Shown here piece after piece: positions 52,107 through 62,466 of a DNA stretch of 64,000 bases (the first letter of the stretch is position 1; each line of letters opens with the position of its first letter). This DNA comes from Gammaproteobacteria bacterium. GTDB taxonomy: Bacteria; Pseudomonadota; Gammaproteobacteria; UBA4575. The stretch lies in NCBI GenBank assembly GCA_014075255.1, contig CP046178.1, positions 1,504,894-1,568,893 on the forward strand. The letters run 5' to 3'. The position numbers and the translations under genes are program-made. Below the pieces are notes generated by a model. It saw only the letters and a list, made by a program, of their open reading frames with translations. It had not been told where the DNA came from and did no database searches.

Positions 52107-53420
52107 GTGCCAAAAGATTCCACATTTCAGCTAGAGAGTTTTCGACAAGCTACGCCATATATATATGCGCATCGTAGTAAAACGTTTGTGCTCTACATAA
52201 GTGATGCTTTATTAGCAAAAGACAACCGAGCTTCACTTATACATGATCTGGCACTCGTACATACCTTAGGCGTAAAGCTAATTTTAGTGTTAGGTCTACG
52301 CACGTTTATAGATAAAAAACTTGGCAAACAATCTGCTAGTTCATTTGAGAATAATTGGCGCATTACCAATGCAAAAACATTGGATACCATTAAAGAGGTT
52401 GCAGGATGCGTCAAAACAGACATAGAAGCACTATTTTCTATTGGTCTGGTCAATACACCTATGTCTGGAATGAAGCTGAATGTTGTCAGCGGTAACTATG
52501 TGCGTGCCAAACCGGTAGGTGTGCGCAATGGCACAGACTACCAACACACGGGCGAAGTACGCAGCATTGCCGCAGAAGAAATTCAGAAACAATTAGATGC
52601 AAACAATATTGTATTAATGTTGCCCTTAGGCTATTCGAAAACGGGAGATGTTTTTAATTTAACCAGTATGGAAGTAGCAAAGCATGCAGCGTGTGCATTG
52701 CAAAGTGAAAAACTGATTCTTATGCTAGATAAATTTAGCGTACCTGGAAAAAAGAAACAAAGTGACAATCACTTCAATGTAAATGAAGCTAAAGAGCTAG
52801 CTAAAAAATTACCGAATACCAAACAATTACTTAAAGACTATCTAGGTATAGCTGTGCAAGCTTGTTTAGAAAACGTAAAACGAGTGCATTTGCTAGATGC
52901 TTCTAAACCTGGCGCGCTGCTAGAAGAGCTCTACACCCTAGATGGTGTGGCTACCTTAGTAACTGCAGAAACCTATGACGAAATTCGACCGGCAACCATC
53001 AATGATGTCGGTGGAATTACTGAACTCATTCAACCACTCATAGACAAAGGTGCATTAGTGTCACGTACACGTGAGCAGCTTGAATTAGAAATTGAGAGTT
53101 TTGATGTCATTGAGAGAGATGGCATGGTGCTAGCGTGTGGCGCTCTACAAATTTATGCGCAAGAAAGTGCAGCAGAAGTAGCCTGCCTTGCCGTGCACCC
53201 AGAATACCAATCTAACGGAAGAGGCAGCAAAATGCTGACCCATTTAGAAAAAAAGTCCACAGCAGCTGGGGTCAATCTGCTCTTTGTGCTCACCACACAA
53301 ACCTCTCATTGGTTTCGTGAGCATGGCTTTAAAACCTCCAAAATAGAGTCCCTACCCATGAAAAAGAGGGCTTTATACAACTATCAGCGAAATTCAAAGG
53401 CCTATAGCAAAGCGGTATAG
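52107..53420 (+). CDS. argA: amino-acid N-acetyltransferase (N-acetylglutamate synthase)
   Basis: Full-length similarity to E. coli ArgA (amino-acid kinase-like domain plus C-terminal GNAT; RATINDIGGI, LFVLTT..SHWF). Confidence 0.9.
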   Translation: MPKDSTFQLESFRQATPYIYAHRSKTFVLYISDALLAKDNRASLIHDLALVHTLGVKLILVLGLRTFIDKKLGKQSASSFENNWRITNAKTLDTIKEVAGCVKTDIEALFSIGLVNTPMSGMKLNVVSGNYVRAKPVGVRNGTDYQHTGEVRSIAAEEIQKQLDANNIVLMLPLGYSKTGDVFNLTSMEVAKHAACALQSEKLILMLDKFSVPGKKKQSDNHFNVNEAKELAKKLPNTKQLLKDYLGIAVQACLENVKRVHLLDASKPGALLEELYTLDGVATLVTAETYDEIRPATINDVGGITELIQPLIDKGALVSRTREQLELEIESFDVIERDGMVLACGALQIYAQESAAEVACLAVHPEYQSNGRGSKMLTHLEKKSTAAGVNLLFVLTTQTSHWFREHGFKTSKIESLPMKKRALYNYQRNSKAYSKAV

Positions 53421-53526
53421 CCAGGACGGAGGGGCTTACGCCCAAGCGCTAAGTGACTATAATCAGCGCTGGAAACATACTCCAAACACCACAAAAATAT
53501 TTTACACCAGGGAGAGAGAACAGAAT

Positions 53527-53953
53527 CATGAAGATCGATTCAAAGATATTAATTAGCCTAGGTATTCTTTTAGGCGTCATCCTTACCATGTTTACTGAAA
53601 ATATGTCTTTTCAACCTATCAACACTGCTCTTAAGATTGCTGGCGGTTTATTTGCATTTGCGATCGTTTTAACTTTTATTAAGAATCTAGTCAGAAAAAT
53701 ATCAAGTAGACCAAGAAAAGAAAAAGCTACCACTTCGGGTCTGAGTTCAAATCAAACATCGGGCACGGTTAAATGGTTTAACTATAAAAAAGGGTTTGGC
53801 TTTATCGAACAAGAAAATGGTGAAGATGTATTTGTTCACCACCGTTCTATAATAGGCACGGGTAGAAAATCACTACGCGAAGGCCAAAAAGTTTTAATGG
53901 ATATTGTCGATGGAGATAAAGGCCTGCAAGCCGAGAATGTCAGCCCACTTTAG
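53527..53953 (+). CDS. membrane-anchored cold-shock-domain protein
   Basis: ATG at 53527 is preceded by GGGAGAGAG. Two N-terminal TM helices are followed by a canonical CSD ([20 protein letters not shown]). The ORF-track start at 53453 is probably too far upstream. Confidence 0.6.
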
Positions 53954-54180
53954 TGGCAAAAACTTCAAATATAATTCTAAATCCTATGTTATGGCTAGTG
54001 ATAGCCTTAACATTGGGTTTAGCACCCTTCTCCCCTGAACCTCATGTTTGGGAAAAATTAAAATGGGTTATCTCTGGCGCCGAAGGAATGCGACCGATTG
54101 ATTGGTTTGATTTCTTTTTACATGGCGCTCCATGGGCATTATTGTTTACCTCACTAATTAAAAAGTTTTTTTTCAGATAA
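53953..54180 (+). CDS. hypothetical small membrane protein (overlaps CSD gene stop)
   Basis: 75 aa with two hydrophobic segments. GTG start overlaps the TAG of the upstream gene by 1 nt. Confidence 0.35.
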   Translation: MAKTSNIILNPMLWLVIALTLGLAPFSPEPHVWEKLKWVISGAEGMRPIDWFDFFLHGAPWALLFTSLIKKFFFR

Positions 54181-54303
54181 CAATAAAACAACCCTAGATA
54201 ACCACATGGAAAACAAATTCCATGATATCGCTATAAGCACGTCATATTCTTGCCATAATTAAACTGTTTAATTCGAGGCTCACTAGTTACTAAGGAGTCT
54301 CGA

Positions 54304-54825
54304 ATGTTTTTGGCACATATGCCGGCTGGCTATCTAGCAAGCAAACTCCTAGTTGCGCAATTTTGTTTAGATCCACCTAAAACAAAATGGTTACTGTTCT
54401 TGGGTTTATTAGGGAGCATATTTCCAGACCTGGACATGTTCTATTTTTATTTGATCGATAATAGACAACATGGTCATCACAGTTATTGGACACACATCCC
54501 TTTTTATTGGGTTTGTTTACTAGCGGTTAGTTACACAATAGCAGCCTTTCTTAAATCACGATTTCTTGTAGCTTCTGCAACAGTATTTATTGGCTGCATC
54601 TTGTTGCATTTGTCACTCGATACATTTGCCGGTGGTGGCATCAAGTGGTTATACCCTTTTCAAAATTCATATATCAACATTTTTTCCATACCTGCTCGAC
54701 AAAACTACTGGGTGTGGAATTACATATTACATTGGACTGCATTAGTTGAGCTCAGCATCATTTTTTTTGCAGCCGTAACTTTCTGGAAAACAGATGGGCA
54801 GTCCTATCGACGCCTAAGGAGATAA
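54304..54825 (+). CDS. membrane-bound metal-dependent hydrolase (YdjM/DUF457 family)
   Basis: FPDLDMF and HGHHSYWTHIPF motifs. 4 TM helices. 173 aa. Confidence 0.7.
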   Translation: MFLAHMPAGYLASKLLVAQFCLDPPKTKWLLFLGLLGSIFPDLDMFYFYLIDNRQHGHHSYWTHIPFYWVCLLAVSYTIAAFLKSRFLVASATVFIGCILLHLSLDTFAGGGIKWLYPFQNSYINIFSIPARQNYWVWNYILHWTALVELSIIFFAAVTFWKTDGQSYRRLRR

Positions 54826-54827
54826 AC

Positions 54828-55253
54828 ATGAAAGAAGTATCCATTTTCTCATTCAAACCACAACCTGGTCCCTATGAAACATGGAGCTTATGCTCTGAAC
54901 TGATTTTGAATGGCAAACGTACTGGAAAATATGTGCCAGGTTTTGTGATTGGTGCACAGTACGCGTATAAGAACTTATATCTAATCGTAACTTCCTGGGA
55001 TTGCCCATACGAAGAATCACAAGAGTTTATATTGTTATCAAAAGACTTAACTGTTTTATGCAAAAAACATATTGGCCATATTTACTCAACCGTTTTACTA
55101 GAAAATCATGAACCCATTGCTGAAGATCAAGTGTTATTTCATTGCAGCAACGACACGGATATTTTGGTTACAGCAAAATCTGGTTTACTACACTCTTCTC
55201 CACCTTTTTTTACTACTAAAAAAATACAGCGCGAAATAATGTCTGTTGTGTAA
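54828..55253 (+). CDS. hypothetical protein
   Basis: 141 aa, adjacent to and co-oriented with the YdjM-like gene. Confidence 0.4.
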   Translation: MKEVSIFSFKPQPGPYETWSLCSELILNGKRTGKYVPGFVIGAQYAYKNLYLIVTSWDCPYEESQEFILLSKDLTVLCKKHIGHIYSTVLLENHEPIAEDQVLFHCSNDTDILVTAKSGLLHSSPPFFTTKKIQREIMSVV

Positions 55254-55269
55254 TTAATTTATATACCAA

Positions 55270-55719
55270 TTAAGATAGCCAACTCTTATATTGTTGTTTC
55301 ATTTCTTCAACCATGTCTGGAAGAGGCTGATTTATATCAATATTAAACGAATCACCAAAATATAATTTAAGGCGTACATTCATTTCATCCACACTTAGAT
55401 CAAAGCATTCATTCAAACTTTCTCCTAGTCTTTTAGGGCTAGGTTGAAATTTTGGATCAGGCTGAACAATATTGAATAAACATCGGATTTCACGCTGATA
55501 CTGATTCGCACGCACTTTTAGATCTTCTTTCTCTATTTCATCCTGCATAGGATCTTCGGACGGAAATAATCTTGCCAGTGCTTTCCCTACAACTGCAGTG
55601 AATATTGAAGAGATTAATAGCAATAAATAAATCGATCCGAGCTGATAATTCTCAAAAACAAATAACAACCCTATTGTTGTTGCTATAAATACGACCGCAT
55701 AGATTAAAACTGGATGCAT
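55270..55719 (-). CDS. hypothetical membrane protein
   Basis: Two N-terminal TM helices. 149 aa. Confidence 0.4.
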   Translation of the reverse strand: MHPVLIYAVVFIATTIGLLFVFENYQLGSIYLLLLISSIFTAVVGKALARLFPSEDPMQDEIEKEDLKVRANQYQREIRCLFNIVQPDPKFQPSPKRLGESLNECFDLSVDEMNVRLKLYFGDSFNIDINQPLPDMVEEMKQQYKSWLS

Positions 55720-55789
55720 AATTCCTGATAATTTAATATAGCTTAAATAGTAATTTTCAGTAACTAGAAACTAGCAGTGGAGGAAGTTC

Positions 55790-56224
55790 ATGGTCACACT
55801 AAAAAGAATCTTTATTATGTTTATTTTGTTATTTTCGCAATGCCTTTATGCAACATCACTAGATAAGTATGTAAAAGTTTGTACCGACAATCAAGCTAAC
55901 AAAATGGGCCCTGAATTATGTGAATGCATGGGCAGTAAAGGGAAAGAATTATCCGAAGAAGAGTTTGAATTTTTTTACGCTATAGCTGCGAAAGATCAAG
56001 AAAAAGTAAATAAAGGGCATACAACACTAGAGCCAAACCAGAAAATAAATGTAATGACATTGACTATGACGGGCCCAACTAAATGTGCGAATGAACTTGC
56101 AGCACAGCAAAATTCATCAGACGAAGCAGACAATTCTGATAGTGTGGCTGGTTCTGCTTCAGAAAGTACGAATGATACTGCTTTGGGAACAGTATCTGAA
56201 TCTGCAGATTCAGCAGCACAATAG
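55790..56224 (+). CDS. hypothetical secreted protein with acidic Ser-rich tail
   Basis: Signal peptide. 4-6 Cys. C-terminal low-complexity acidic region. Confidence 0.4.
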   Translation: MVTLKRIFIMFILLFSQCLYATSLDKYVKVCTDNQANKMGPELCECMGSKGKELSEEEFEFFYAIAAKDQEKVNKGHTTLEPNQKINVMTLTMTGPTKCANELAAQQNSSDEADNSDSVAGSASESTNDTALGTVSESADSAAQ

Positions 56225-56291
56225 CTAACCATTAGAAGAGCAGATAAAAATCTGCTCTTCTAATTTATGCTCATCTAATTTTATATTGGGT

Positions 56292-56840
56292 CTATGCTGC
56301 TTTTGCGGCGATATAGCCAGGTTTACCATTAATGGTTGCTGTTCCTGTAACTGGGATAGATCTCACCAAGGTATCTAGAATCGGACACTGCGCTTCAACA
56401 GCATCAACGAGCTGCCTTAGCTCCTCATCGCTTGCTGGACTTTCAATAATGGATTCAAAAGAAAGATCTTGAAAACCTGGCGGGATACCTTTATCCGCAC
56501 CCATACCAAATAAGCCATGCAAATCTAGGTTACCTTCAAGCTTTACTTTATATGATGTTAATTCAATTCCCATTGCAGAGGCTAAAGCTGCATACATAAT
56601 CCCTTGGCAGGTACCCAAAGCGGTAAGAATTAAATCTCCAGGACTTTGTGCAGCATCACCTCCACCAAAAGCTGCAGGCTCATCAACTGGAACAGGCGGC
56701 AAATTTCGAACTTGTGATGTGCAGTGAACATCGCCATCCCAAATTACTTCTGCACGATATTTTAATTGTGCAGATTTTGGATTATCAGTGATTGCTGCCG
56801 CTAAACTATCGACAGCGGTTTTTACGGTTGCTTGTGACAT
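56292..56840 (-). CDS. OsmC/Ohr-family peroxiredoxin-like protein
   Basis: OsmC-like fold with conserved Cys in TALGTCQGIMY. 182 aa. Confidence 0.8.
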   Translation of the reverse strand: MSQATVKTAVDSLAAAITDNPKSAQLKYRAEVIWDGDVHCTSQVRNLPPVPVDEPAAFGGGDAAQSPGDLILTALGTCQGIMYAALASAMGIELTSYKVKLEGNLDLHGLFGMGADKGIPPGFQDLSFESIIESPASDEELRQLVDAVEAQCPILDTLVRSIPVTGTATINGKPGYIAAKAA

Positions 56841-57019
56841 GGTGTCCCTCCTAAAATTTTAGATCTGGGTAAATCGGTATGTAGGTTTGTTTTATTTTCT
56901 TATCTCGTCATGTAATTATAACGCTTATAATATCGCACAAATGGTTTATCTTTATTATAAGACATATAAATTTCTGATAATTATTATAAATAATCCAAAG
57001 TACACAATAATTAATATAT

Positions 57020-57745
57020 ATGTTAACACTGTACCAATTCCCAATTTCTCATTATTGCGAAAAGATACGCTGGTCACTGGAATATAAAAATATTGAATAT
57101 AAAAAAGTAAATTTACTGCCTGGACTTCATACTAAAAAAGCAAAAAACCTTACCTCTACTTCCTCTTTACCGATACTTATTCATGATAAAATAGTAATCA
57201 ACGAATCTAGTAAAATTATTAGCTATCTTGACCAGGCCTTCCCTAACAACTCTCTTACCCCAAGTGACCAGTATTTAAAACAAGAAGCTACACAATGGGA
57301 AAAATTTGCAGACGAAGAAATTGGATCAGATGTACGTCGCATTTGCTATCACACCTTACTGAACCATCCAGATATCATCACTCCTTATTTTACAATTGAT
57401 GGCCCCTGGTATGGAAAGCTCTATATGAATGTCACTTTCCCTAAGTTATCTAAAACTATGCGTAAATTAATGAAGCTTGACGATACAACCGTAATAGAAA
57501 TTAACCAAAGACTCACTCAAACGATTGAAAAGATCTACGCTCATATAAAAGATAGAGAATTTTTTGTAGGCAATACTTTCAGCCGCGCAGACCTTTCAGT
57601 AGCATCATTATTGGCACCGTTATGTAGAACAAAAGGCTATGGCATAGAATGGCCTGAAAAGTTTCCAGAACCTTTACATAGTACTATCCGTAAATACGGA
57701 GATAAACTAGACTGGGTGCATCGCATTTATGAACAATATCGATGA
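57020..57745 (+). CDS. glutathione S-transferase family protein
   Basis: Thioredoxin-like N-terminal domain (LYQFPISHYCEKIRW) plus a helical C-terminal domain. 241 aa. Confidence 0.8.
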   Translation: MLTLYQFPISHYCEKIRWSLEYKNIEYKKVNLLPGLHTKKAKNLTSTSSLPILIHDKIVINESSKIISYLDQAFPNNSLTPSDQYLKQEATQWEKFADEEIGSDVRRICYHTLLNHPDIITPYFTIDGPWYGKLYMNVTFPKLSKTMRKLMKLDDTTVIEINQRLTQTIEKIYAHIKDREFFVGNTFSRADLSVASLLAPLCRTKGYGIEWPEKFPEPLHSTIRKYGDKLDWVHRIYEQYR

Positions 57746-58311
57746 AACGTTGCACTTGGGCTCAAACCAGTCCCTCAGAAGAAAAATACCATGATGAAGA
57801 ATGGGGTGTTCCACTCCACGATGATCGACTTTTATTTGAGTTCTTAATCCTAGAAGGTGCACAAGCAGGTTTAAGCTGGTCTACTATTTTAAATAAACGT
57901 GAAGGCTACAGAAAAGCCTTCGATAATTTTGAAGCTCAAAAAATTGCACGCTATTCAAATAATCAAATAGCAAAGCTACTACTGAATCCTGAAATTGTGC
58001 GCAATAAACTTAAAATTAACTCAGCAGTAACAAATGCTAAAGCTTTTATAGAAATACAACAAGAATTCAAAAGTTTTAATAACTATATTTGGCAATTTGT
58101 AAACGGTAAGCCGATTCAAAATGCATGGAAAATTTCATCTCAAGTCCCTGCTAATACAATAGAATCAGATGCCATGAGTAAAGACCTAAAAATACGCGGC
58201 TTCAAATTTGTTGGCACTACGATCTGTTATGCCTTTATGCAAGCTGTGGGTATGGTAAATGACCATACGGCTGATTGTTTTCGCTACAAAACCGTTAAAA
58301 AGCTAGCTTAA
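57742..58311 (+). CDS. tag: DNA-3-methyladenine glycosylase I
   Basis: Tag family motifs (YHDEEWGVP, FEFLILEGAQAGLSW, Zn-binding Cys/His). 189 aa. Confidence 0.85.
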   Translation: MKRCTWAQTSPSEEKYHDEEWGVPLHDDRLLFEFLILEGAQAGLSWSTILNKREGYRKAFDNFEAQKIARYSNNQIAKLLLNPEIVRNKLKINSAVTNAKAFIEIQQEFKSFNNYIWQFVNGKPIQNAWKISSQVPANTIESDAMSKDLKIRGFKFVGTTICYAFMQAVGMVNDHTADCFRYKTVKKLA

Positions 58312-58312
58312 A

Positions 58313-58624
58313 ATGTCTCTAACCATGCCATTAAGAATAATTGCAGTAATTTTAATTGTAGCAGCTGCATTACAGTTCTTTTTCTATAACCAACTTTTAG
58401 TTAAACCTATAGTAGTAGCGCATGTACTTTTCCTGCTCAGCATTTTTAGTGATCGACATACAAAACGCATTGCAGTAATTACCCTAGGACTAGCGATGGT
58501 GGTACCAATTGGAGCTTGGCGAATGGTAGAAGCCGGCACCGCTACATATAGTTTCTTTTTCATAAATGTTTTAATATTTTTATATATTGCTTTTATTGCC
58601 TTTCAAACATTAAAAGCGAGATGA
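58313..58624 (+). CDS. hypothetical small membrane protein
   Basis: 103 aa, 3 TM helices. Overlaps the downstream gene. Confidence 0.35.
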   Translation: MSLTMPLRIIAVILIVAAALQFFFYNQLLVKPIVVAHVLFLLSIFSDRHTKRIAVITLGLAMVVPIGAWRMVEAGTATYSFFFINVLIFLYIAFIAFQTLKAR

Positions 58625-58974
58625 AAAAACGTATTCTATATACGCTGTTATTTACAGTCATAATTTTACTGGCTATAGATCGAAGTGCTGCCTTTCTTTA
58701 TAAACCCAAACCCGGTTCTACAGATATTGTTCTTTACACAACAAAGTGGTGCCCATATTGCAATAGCCTGCGAATACACTTCCAGGCAAACAGCATCCCT
58801 TTCACGGAACATGATATTGAAAAATCACTTTCGGGCATCGCAGGTTTCTGGGCATTACGTGCTAGAGGGGTTCCAGTATCGGCCATCGGTCCAGAGGTAG
58901 TATATGGTTATGATATTAATACAATAAATAATGCCTTGATCGACCTTGGATACAGCTTAAAACTCATAGAATAA
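58621..58974 (+). CDS. glutaredoxin-like protein with N-terminal membrane anchor/signal
   Basis: CPYC active site in thioredoxin-fold context (VLYTTKWCPYCNSL). 117 aa. Confidence 0.6.
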   Translation: MKKRILYTLLFTVIILLAIDRSAAFLYKPKPGSTDIVLYTTKWCPYCNSLRIHFQANSIPFTEHDIEKSLSGIAGFWALRARGVPVSAIGPEVVYGYDINTINNALIDLGYSLKLIE

Positions 58975-59000
58975 ACTACACTCTATCTGAATACTTACTT

Positions 59001-59519
59001 ATGACATCTATTGTAATCATTGCAATTATTGTTGCTGTACTTATATGGGGGATATTAGTTTACAACAGCCTTGTGTATGACAGAAATACATCCTTTGCAG
59101 CCTGGAGTGACATCGATGTTCAGCTCAAACGTAGACATGATTTAATTCCAAAGCTAGTTGAAGCAATTAAACAGTATGCAGACTACGAGAGCAGCTTATT
59201 ACAATCAGTAACTGAATTACGCTCACAAGCAAAGTCAATTGAAAATATATCAGATCGCGAGAATGTAGAACGCGAATTGCAATCACAAGTGCATAAACTT
59301 ATCGCTGTAGTGGAAGACTACCCAGAATTAAAAGCAAATCAAAATTTTCTGGAACTACAAAAAGATATTTCTGACGTGGAAAATAACATCCAATATGCAA
59401 GACGCTATTACAATGGAGCAGTTCGTAATATCAATACGCGTATTGATTCTTTCCCAGATTTAATTATCGCTCGTTTTTTTAAATACAAATATCATGAATA
59501 TTTTCAATTAGATGATTAA
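59001..59519 (+). CDS. LemA family protein
   Basis: N-terminal TM helix. LemA-type coiled-coil region (RRHDLIPKLVEAIKQYADYE, ENNIQYARRYYN). 172 aa. Confidence 0.8.
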   Translation: MTSIVIIAIIVAVLIWGILVYNSLVYDRNTSFAAWSDIDVQLKRRHDLIPKLVEAIKQYADYESSLLQSVTELRSQAKSIENISDRENVERELQSQVHKLIAVVEDYPELKANQNFLELQKDISDVENNIQYARRYYNGAVRNINTRIDSFPDLIIARFFKYKYHEYFQLDD

Positions 59520-61455
59520 GCAACGCACAATACTTATATTTATAAATACTTTTCTAGCTTTAATAGTTACCTTTTTCTGCTTATCAGAACAGGCTTTTTC
59601 TGCCGAAGAAATCTTATTTTTTGATAGCCACATTCAAGTTCATGACGACTCTAGCATGTCTGTGACTGAAGAAATAACCGTACGCGCAGAAAACAAAAAA
59701 ATAAACCGCGGCATATACCGTGACTTTCCTACAAAATATAACGGAAAACTTGGTAATAAAATTAAAGTCGGTTTTGAAATAATTGAAGTATTGAGAAATG
59801 GTGTATTAGAGCCTTATCATACAAAAAAAATGAGCAATGGCATTCGCATCTATATAGGAGATAAAAATCGCTACATAAATAGAGGCGAACACAAATATTC
59901 CATTAAATATAAAACCAATCAGCAACTTGGTTTTTTTGGCTCACATGATGAACTTTACTGGAACGTTACCGGCAATGGATGGGAATTCCCAATTCTTGAA
60001 GCTAAGGCAAGCGTGCACTTACCAGACTCAATTCAAGCAAGCGAAGTTAAGCTTGAGGCATATACAGGTTTCACTGGTAGTCGTGGCCAGAGTTATGACA
60101 CTGATATAGGTTATTCTGGCAATTACTTATTTAAAACCAATAGACCCCTTGCAAATAGGGAAGGCTTAACTATCGTAGTTACCTGGCCTAAGGGCCATAT
60201 ACATCTGCCGAGTTTCACACAGAAAGCGATATGGTGGTGGCAAGCGAATATCGATAGCCCCATTAACTTACTCGGTTTTTTAGGATTATTAATTTTTTAT
60301 CTAAGTGCCTGGTGGCAATTAGGCAGAGACCCAAAACCGGGTATCATCATTCCCCGCTACCAACCACCTGCAGGTTTTCCAGCTGGCGGACTTCGTTATA
60401 TCAAAGAAATGGGCCACGACAAAAAAGCTTTTACTGCAGCTCTACTAAGTCTTGCAGTAAAAGGTTATTTGAAAATAGAAGAAGTTGGCAAAACATATAA
60501 ATTGCATAAATTAAAGAACACTGATCTCAGATTACCTCCTGGCGAACAAGCAATCCATTCTAGTTTTTTTGGTAAAGCTGATCACAATATAGAGTTAAAA
60601 AATACTAACCATGAAAAAATATCTAAAGCTATCTCGCAACACAAGGGCGCGTTAAAAAAAGAATATAGTCAAAGTTATTTCATTCATAACCGTAAAGTTC
60701 TTTATATAGGCATCCTTATCTCAATAATTATTGGCGCGGTTATTTTGTTCAATTTAAACAAAGGTGAAGATGCTGGAGCAGCATTATTTCTCATATTTTG
60801 GCTATCTATATGGACACCGGTAACCGTTTTTTTAATTCTTGCATGGTTCAACCTTTTTAAATCTCGCTTTACTATAGGAAAGGTGGCAGAACTACCTGTA
60901 GCCACCATTTTTGCAGGAGCATGGTCGGCAGGCGAAATTGGCGCCTTAGTAGCATTATGTTCAATAATAGGTATAGCAAATGGCTTAATGCTAATCTCAA
61001 TTTTTATCGTTAATACTATTTTTTATTTTTTACTCAAAAAACCGACACTGGAAGGAAGAAAACTATTAGACAAAACTGAGGGCTTTAAAAAATATTTAGA
61101 AGTCGCAGAGCAAGAAGAATTAAATTTGAGACACCCGCCCAGAAAAACACCAAAATTGTTTGAGGCTTATTTGCCTTATGCGCTCGCTCTTGGTGTAGAA
61201 AACGAATGGGCAGAACAGTTCACTAATGTATTTAGCATGCACGGCGAAAATAAAGACTATCATCCAGCGTGGTATAGTGGCAGTCATTGGAATAACAACA
61301 ACTTAGGTTCTTTCACTGATTCAGTAGGTAGCTCACTAAACTCAGCAATCTCATCATCCTCAACGGCTCCTGGCTCATCTTCCGGTAGCAGTAGTTTTGG
61401 AGGTGGCGGCTCCTCTGGAGGCGGAGGAGGAGGAGGCGGTGGTGGCGGCTGGTAA
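59512..61455 (+). CDS. DUF2207-domain membrane protein with C-terminal Gly/Ser-rich tail
   Basis: Signal peptide, a large extracytoplasmic domain and a multi-TM region. Ends GSSSGSSSFGGGGSSGGGGGGGGGGGW. Immediately downstream of and overlapping LemA. Confidence 0.7.
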   Translation: MIKQRTILIFINTFLALIVTFFCLSEQAFSAEEILFFDSHIQVHDDSSMSVTEEITVRAENKKINRGIYRDFPTKYNGKLGNKIKVGFEIIEVLRNGVLEPYHTKKMSNGIRIYIGDKNRYINRGEHKYSIKYKTNQQLGFFGSHDELYWNVTGNGWEFPILEAKASVHLPDSIQASEVKLEAYTGFTGSRGQSYDTDIGYSGNYLFKTNRPLANREGLTIVVTWPKGHIHLPSFTQKAIWWWQANIDSPINLLGFLGLLIFYLSAWWQLGRDPKPGIIIPRYQPPAGFPAGGLRYIKEMGHDKKAFTAALLSLAVKGYLKIEEVGKTYKLHKLKNTDLRLPPGEQAIHSSFFGKADHNIELKNTNHEKISKAISQHKGALKKEYSQSYFIHNRKVLYIGILISIIIGAVILFNLNKGEDAGAALFLIFWLSIWTPVTVFLILAWFNLFKSRFTIGKVAELPVATIFAGAWSAGEIGALVALCSIIGIANGLMLISIFIVNTIFYFLLKKPTLEGRKLLDKTEGFKKYLEVAEQEELNLRHPPRKTPKLFEAYLPYALALGVENEWAEQFTNVFSMHGENKDYHPAWYSGSHWNNNNLGSFTDSVGSSLNSAISSSSTAPGSSSGSSSFGGGGSSGGGGGGGGGGGW

Positions 61456-61481
61456 CTAGAGTCATTTGTCGAATAACAAAA

Positions 61482-62459
61482 ATGAATTCAGACCCTCGTC
61501 TCACTCAACTGCATGAGTGGATAAAAGAAATCTTTGGAAATATTGAATACTCGCTAAATTCTGTTTCTGGTGATGCAAGTTTTCGGCGTTATTTTCGCTT
61601 AGTCACTCCACATGCCCAGTACATTGCTGTGGATTCACCACCCGAAAAAGAAAGCAATGATGCATTTATAAATGTAACGCATTTATTGGGTGCAGAAGGT
61701 CTACCTGTACCACATATTCACTACAATTCTTTAGATTTTGGATTTTTTCTATTGAGTGACTTGGGTGACGACATATTACTTAATGTACTCACCACGGAGA
61801 ATGCTGAAAGATTATATCAAAAAGCTCTTAATGCACTGTTATTAATTCAAAAAACAGAGGCCACTAACTTGCCTATTTATGACGAAAAATTATTAGCGCA
61901 AGAAATGGAATTATTTAGAGATTGGTTCCTCATTAAAAAATTAAAATTACAAATCAGTGAAAATGAAAACACCTTACTTAGTGAAGCTTTCAAAAGCTTA
62001 ATTAAAAATGCCACTGAACAACCTCAGGTTTTTGTTCATCGTGATTATCATTCACGCAATTTGATGAATATTGATGGGAAATACCCTGGAATTATAGACT
62101 ATCAAGATGCAGTACTTGGACCCGTCACCTACGATCTTGTTTCTTTATTGCGTGATTGTTACATTAATTGGCCCGATGAGAAGGTAAAAGAATTAGCGTT
62201 AGTTTTCCATAAAAAAGCTATTTCTTGTGAAATAATTAACGAGGTAAGTGAGCAAAATTTTATACAATGGTTTGACTTAATGGGAATTCAACGACACCTT
62301 AAAGCAGTAGGTATATTTTCTCGCCTTAATATCAGAGACAACAAGCCAAACTATTTAGATGATATTCCTCGCACATTAAACTATATAAAATCTATCGCAA
62401 ATATTTATCCACAAACAAAGAGTCTAGCAAGTTTCATCAATAGCAAAGTGAACATTTAA
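61482..62459 (+). CDS. amgK: aminoglycoside-phosphotransferase-fold kinase (N-acetylmuramate/N-acetylglucosamine kinase AmgK-like)
   Basis: APH-like motifs (HRDYHSRNLM, IDYQDA). Located directly upstream of the MurU-like gene, as in Pseudomonas. Confidence 0.65.
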   Translation: MNSDPRLTQLHEWIKEIFGNIEYSLNSVSGDASFRRYFRLVTPHAQYIAVDSPPEKESNDAFINVTHLLGAEGLPVPHIHYNSLDFGFFLLSDLGDDILLNVLTTENAERLYQKALNALLLIQKTEATNLPIYDEKLLAQEMELFRDWFLIKKLKLQISENENTLLSEAFKSLIKNATEQPQVFVHRDYHSRNLMNIDGKYPGIIDYQDAVLGPVTYDLVSLLRDCYINWPDEKVKELALVFHKKAISCEIINEVSEQNFIQWFDLMGIQRHLKAVGIFSRLNIRDNKPNYLDDIPRTLNYIKSIANIYPQTKSLASFINSKVNI

Positions 62460-62466
62460 TATCGTT

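Noticed and set aside
53453-53526. Upstream start (53453) for the CSD protein
   Set aside because: A strong RBS (GGGAGAGAG) precedes the internal ATG at 53527. That start places the first TM helix directly at the N-terminus.
61340-61455. Poly-Gly/Ser stretch at the end of 59512..61455 as a sequencing artefact or misassembly
   Set aside because: The stretch is in frame and ends in Trp plus a stop. Gly-rich C-termini are, from memory, typical of DUF2207-family proteins.
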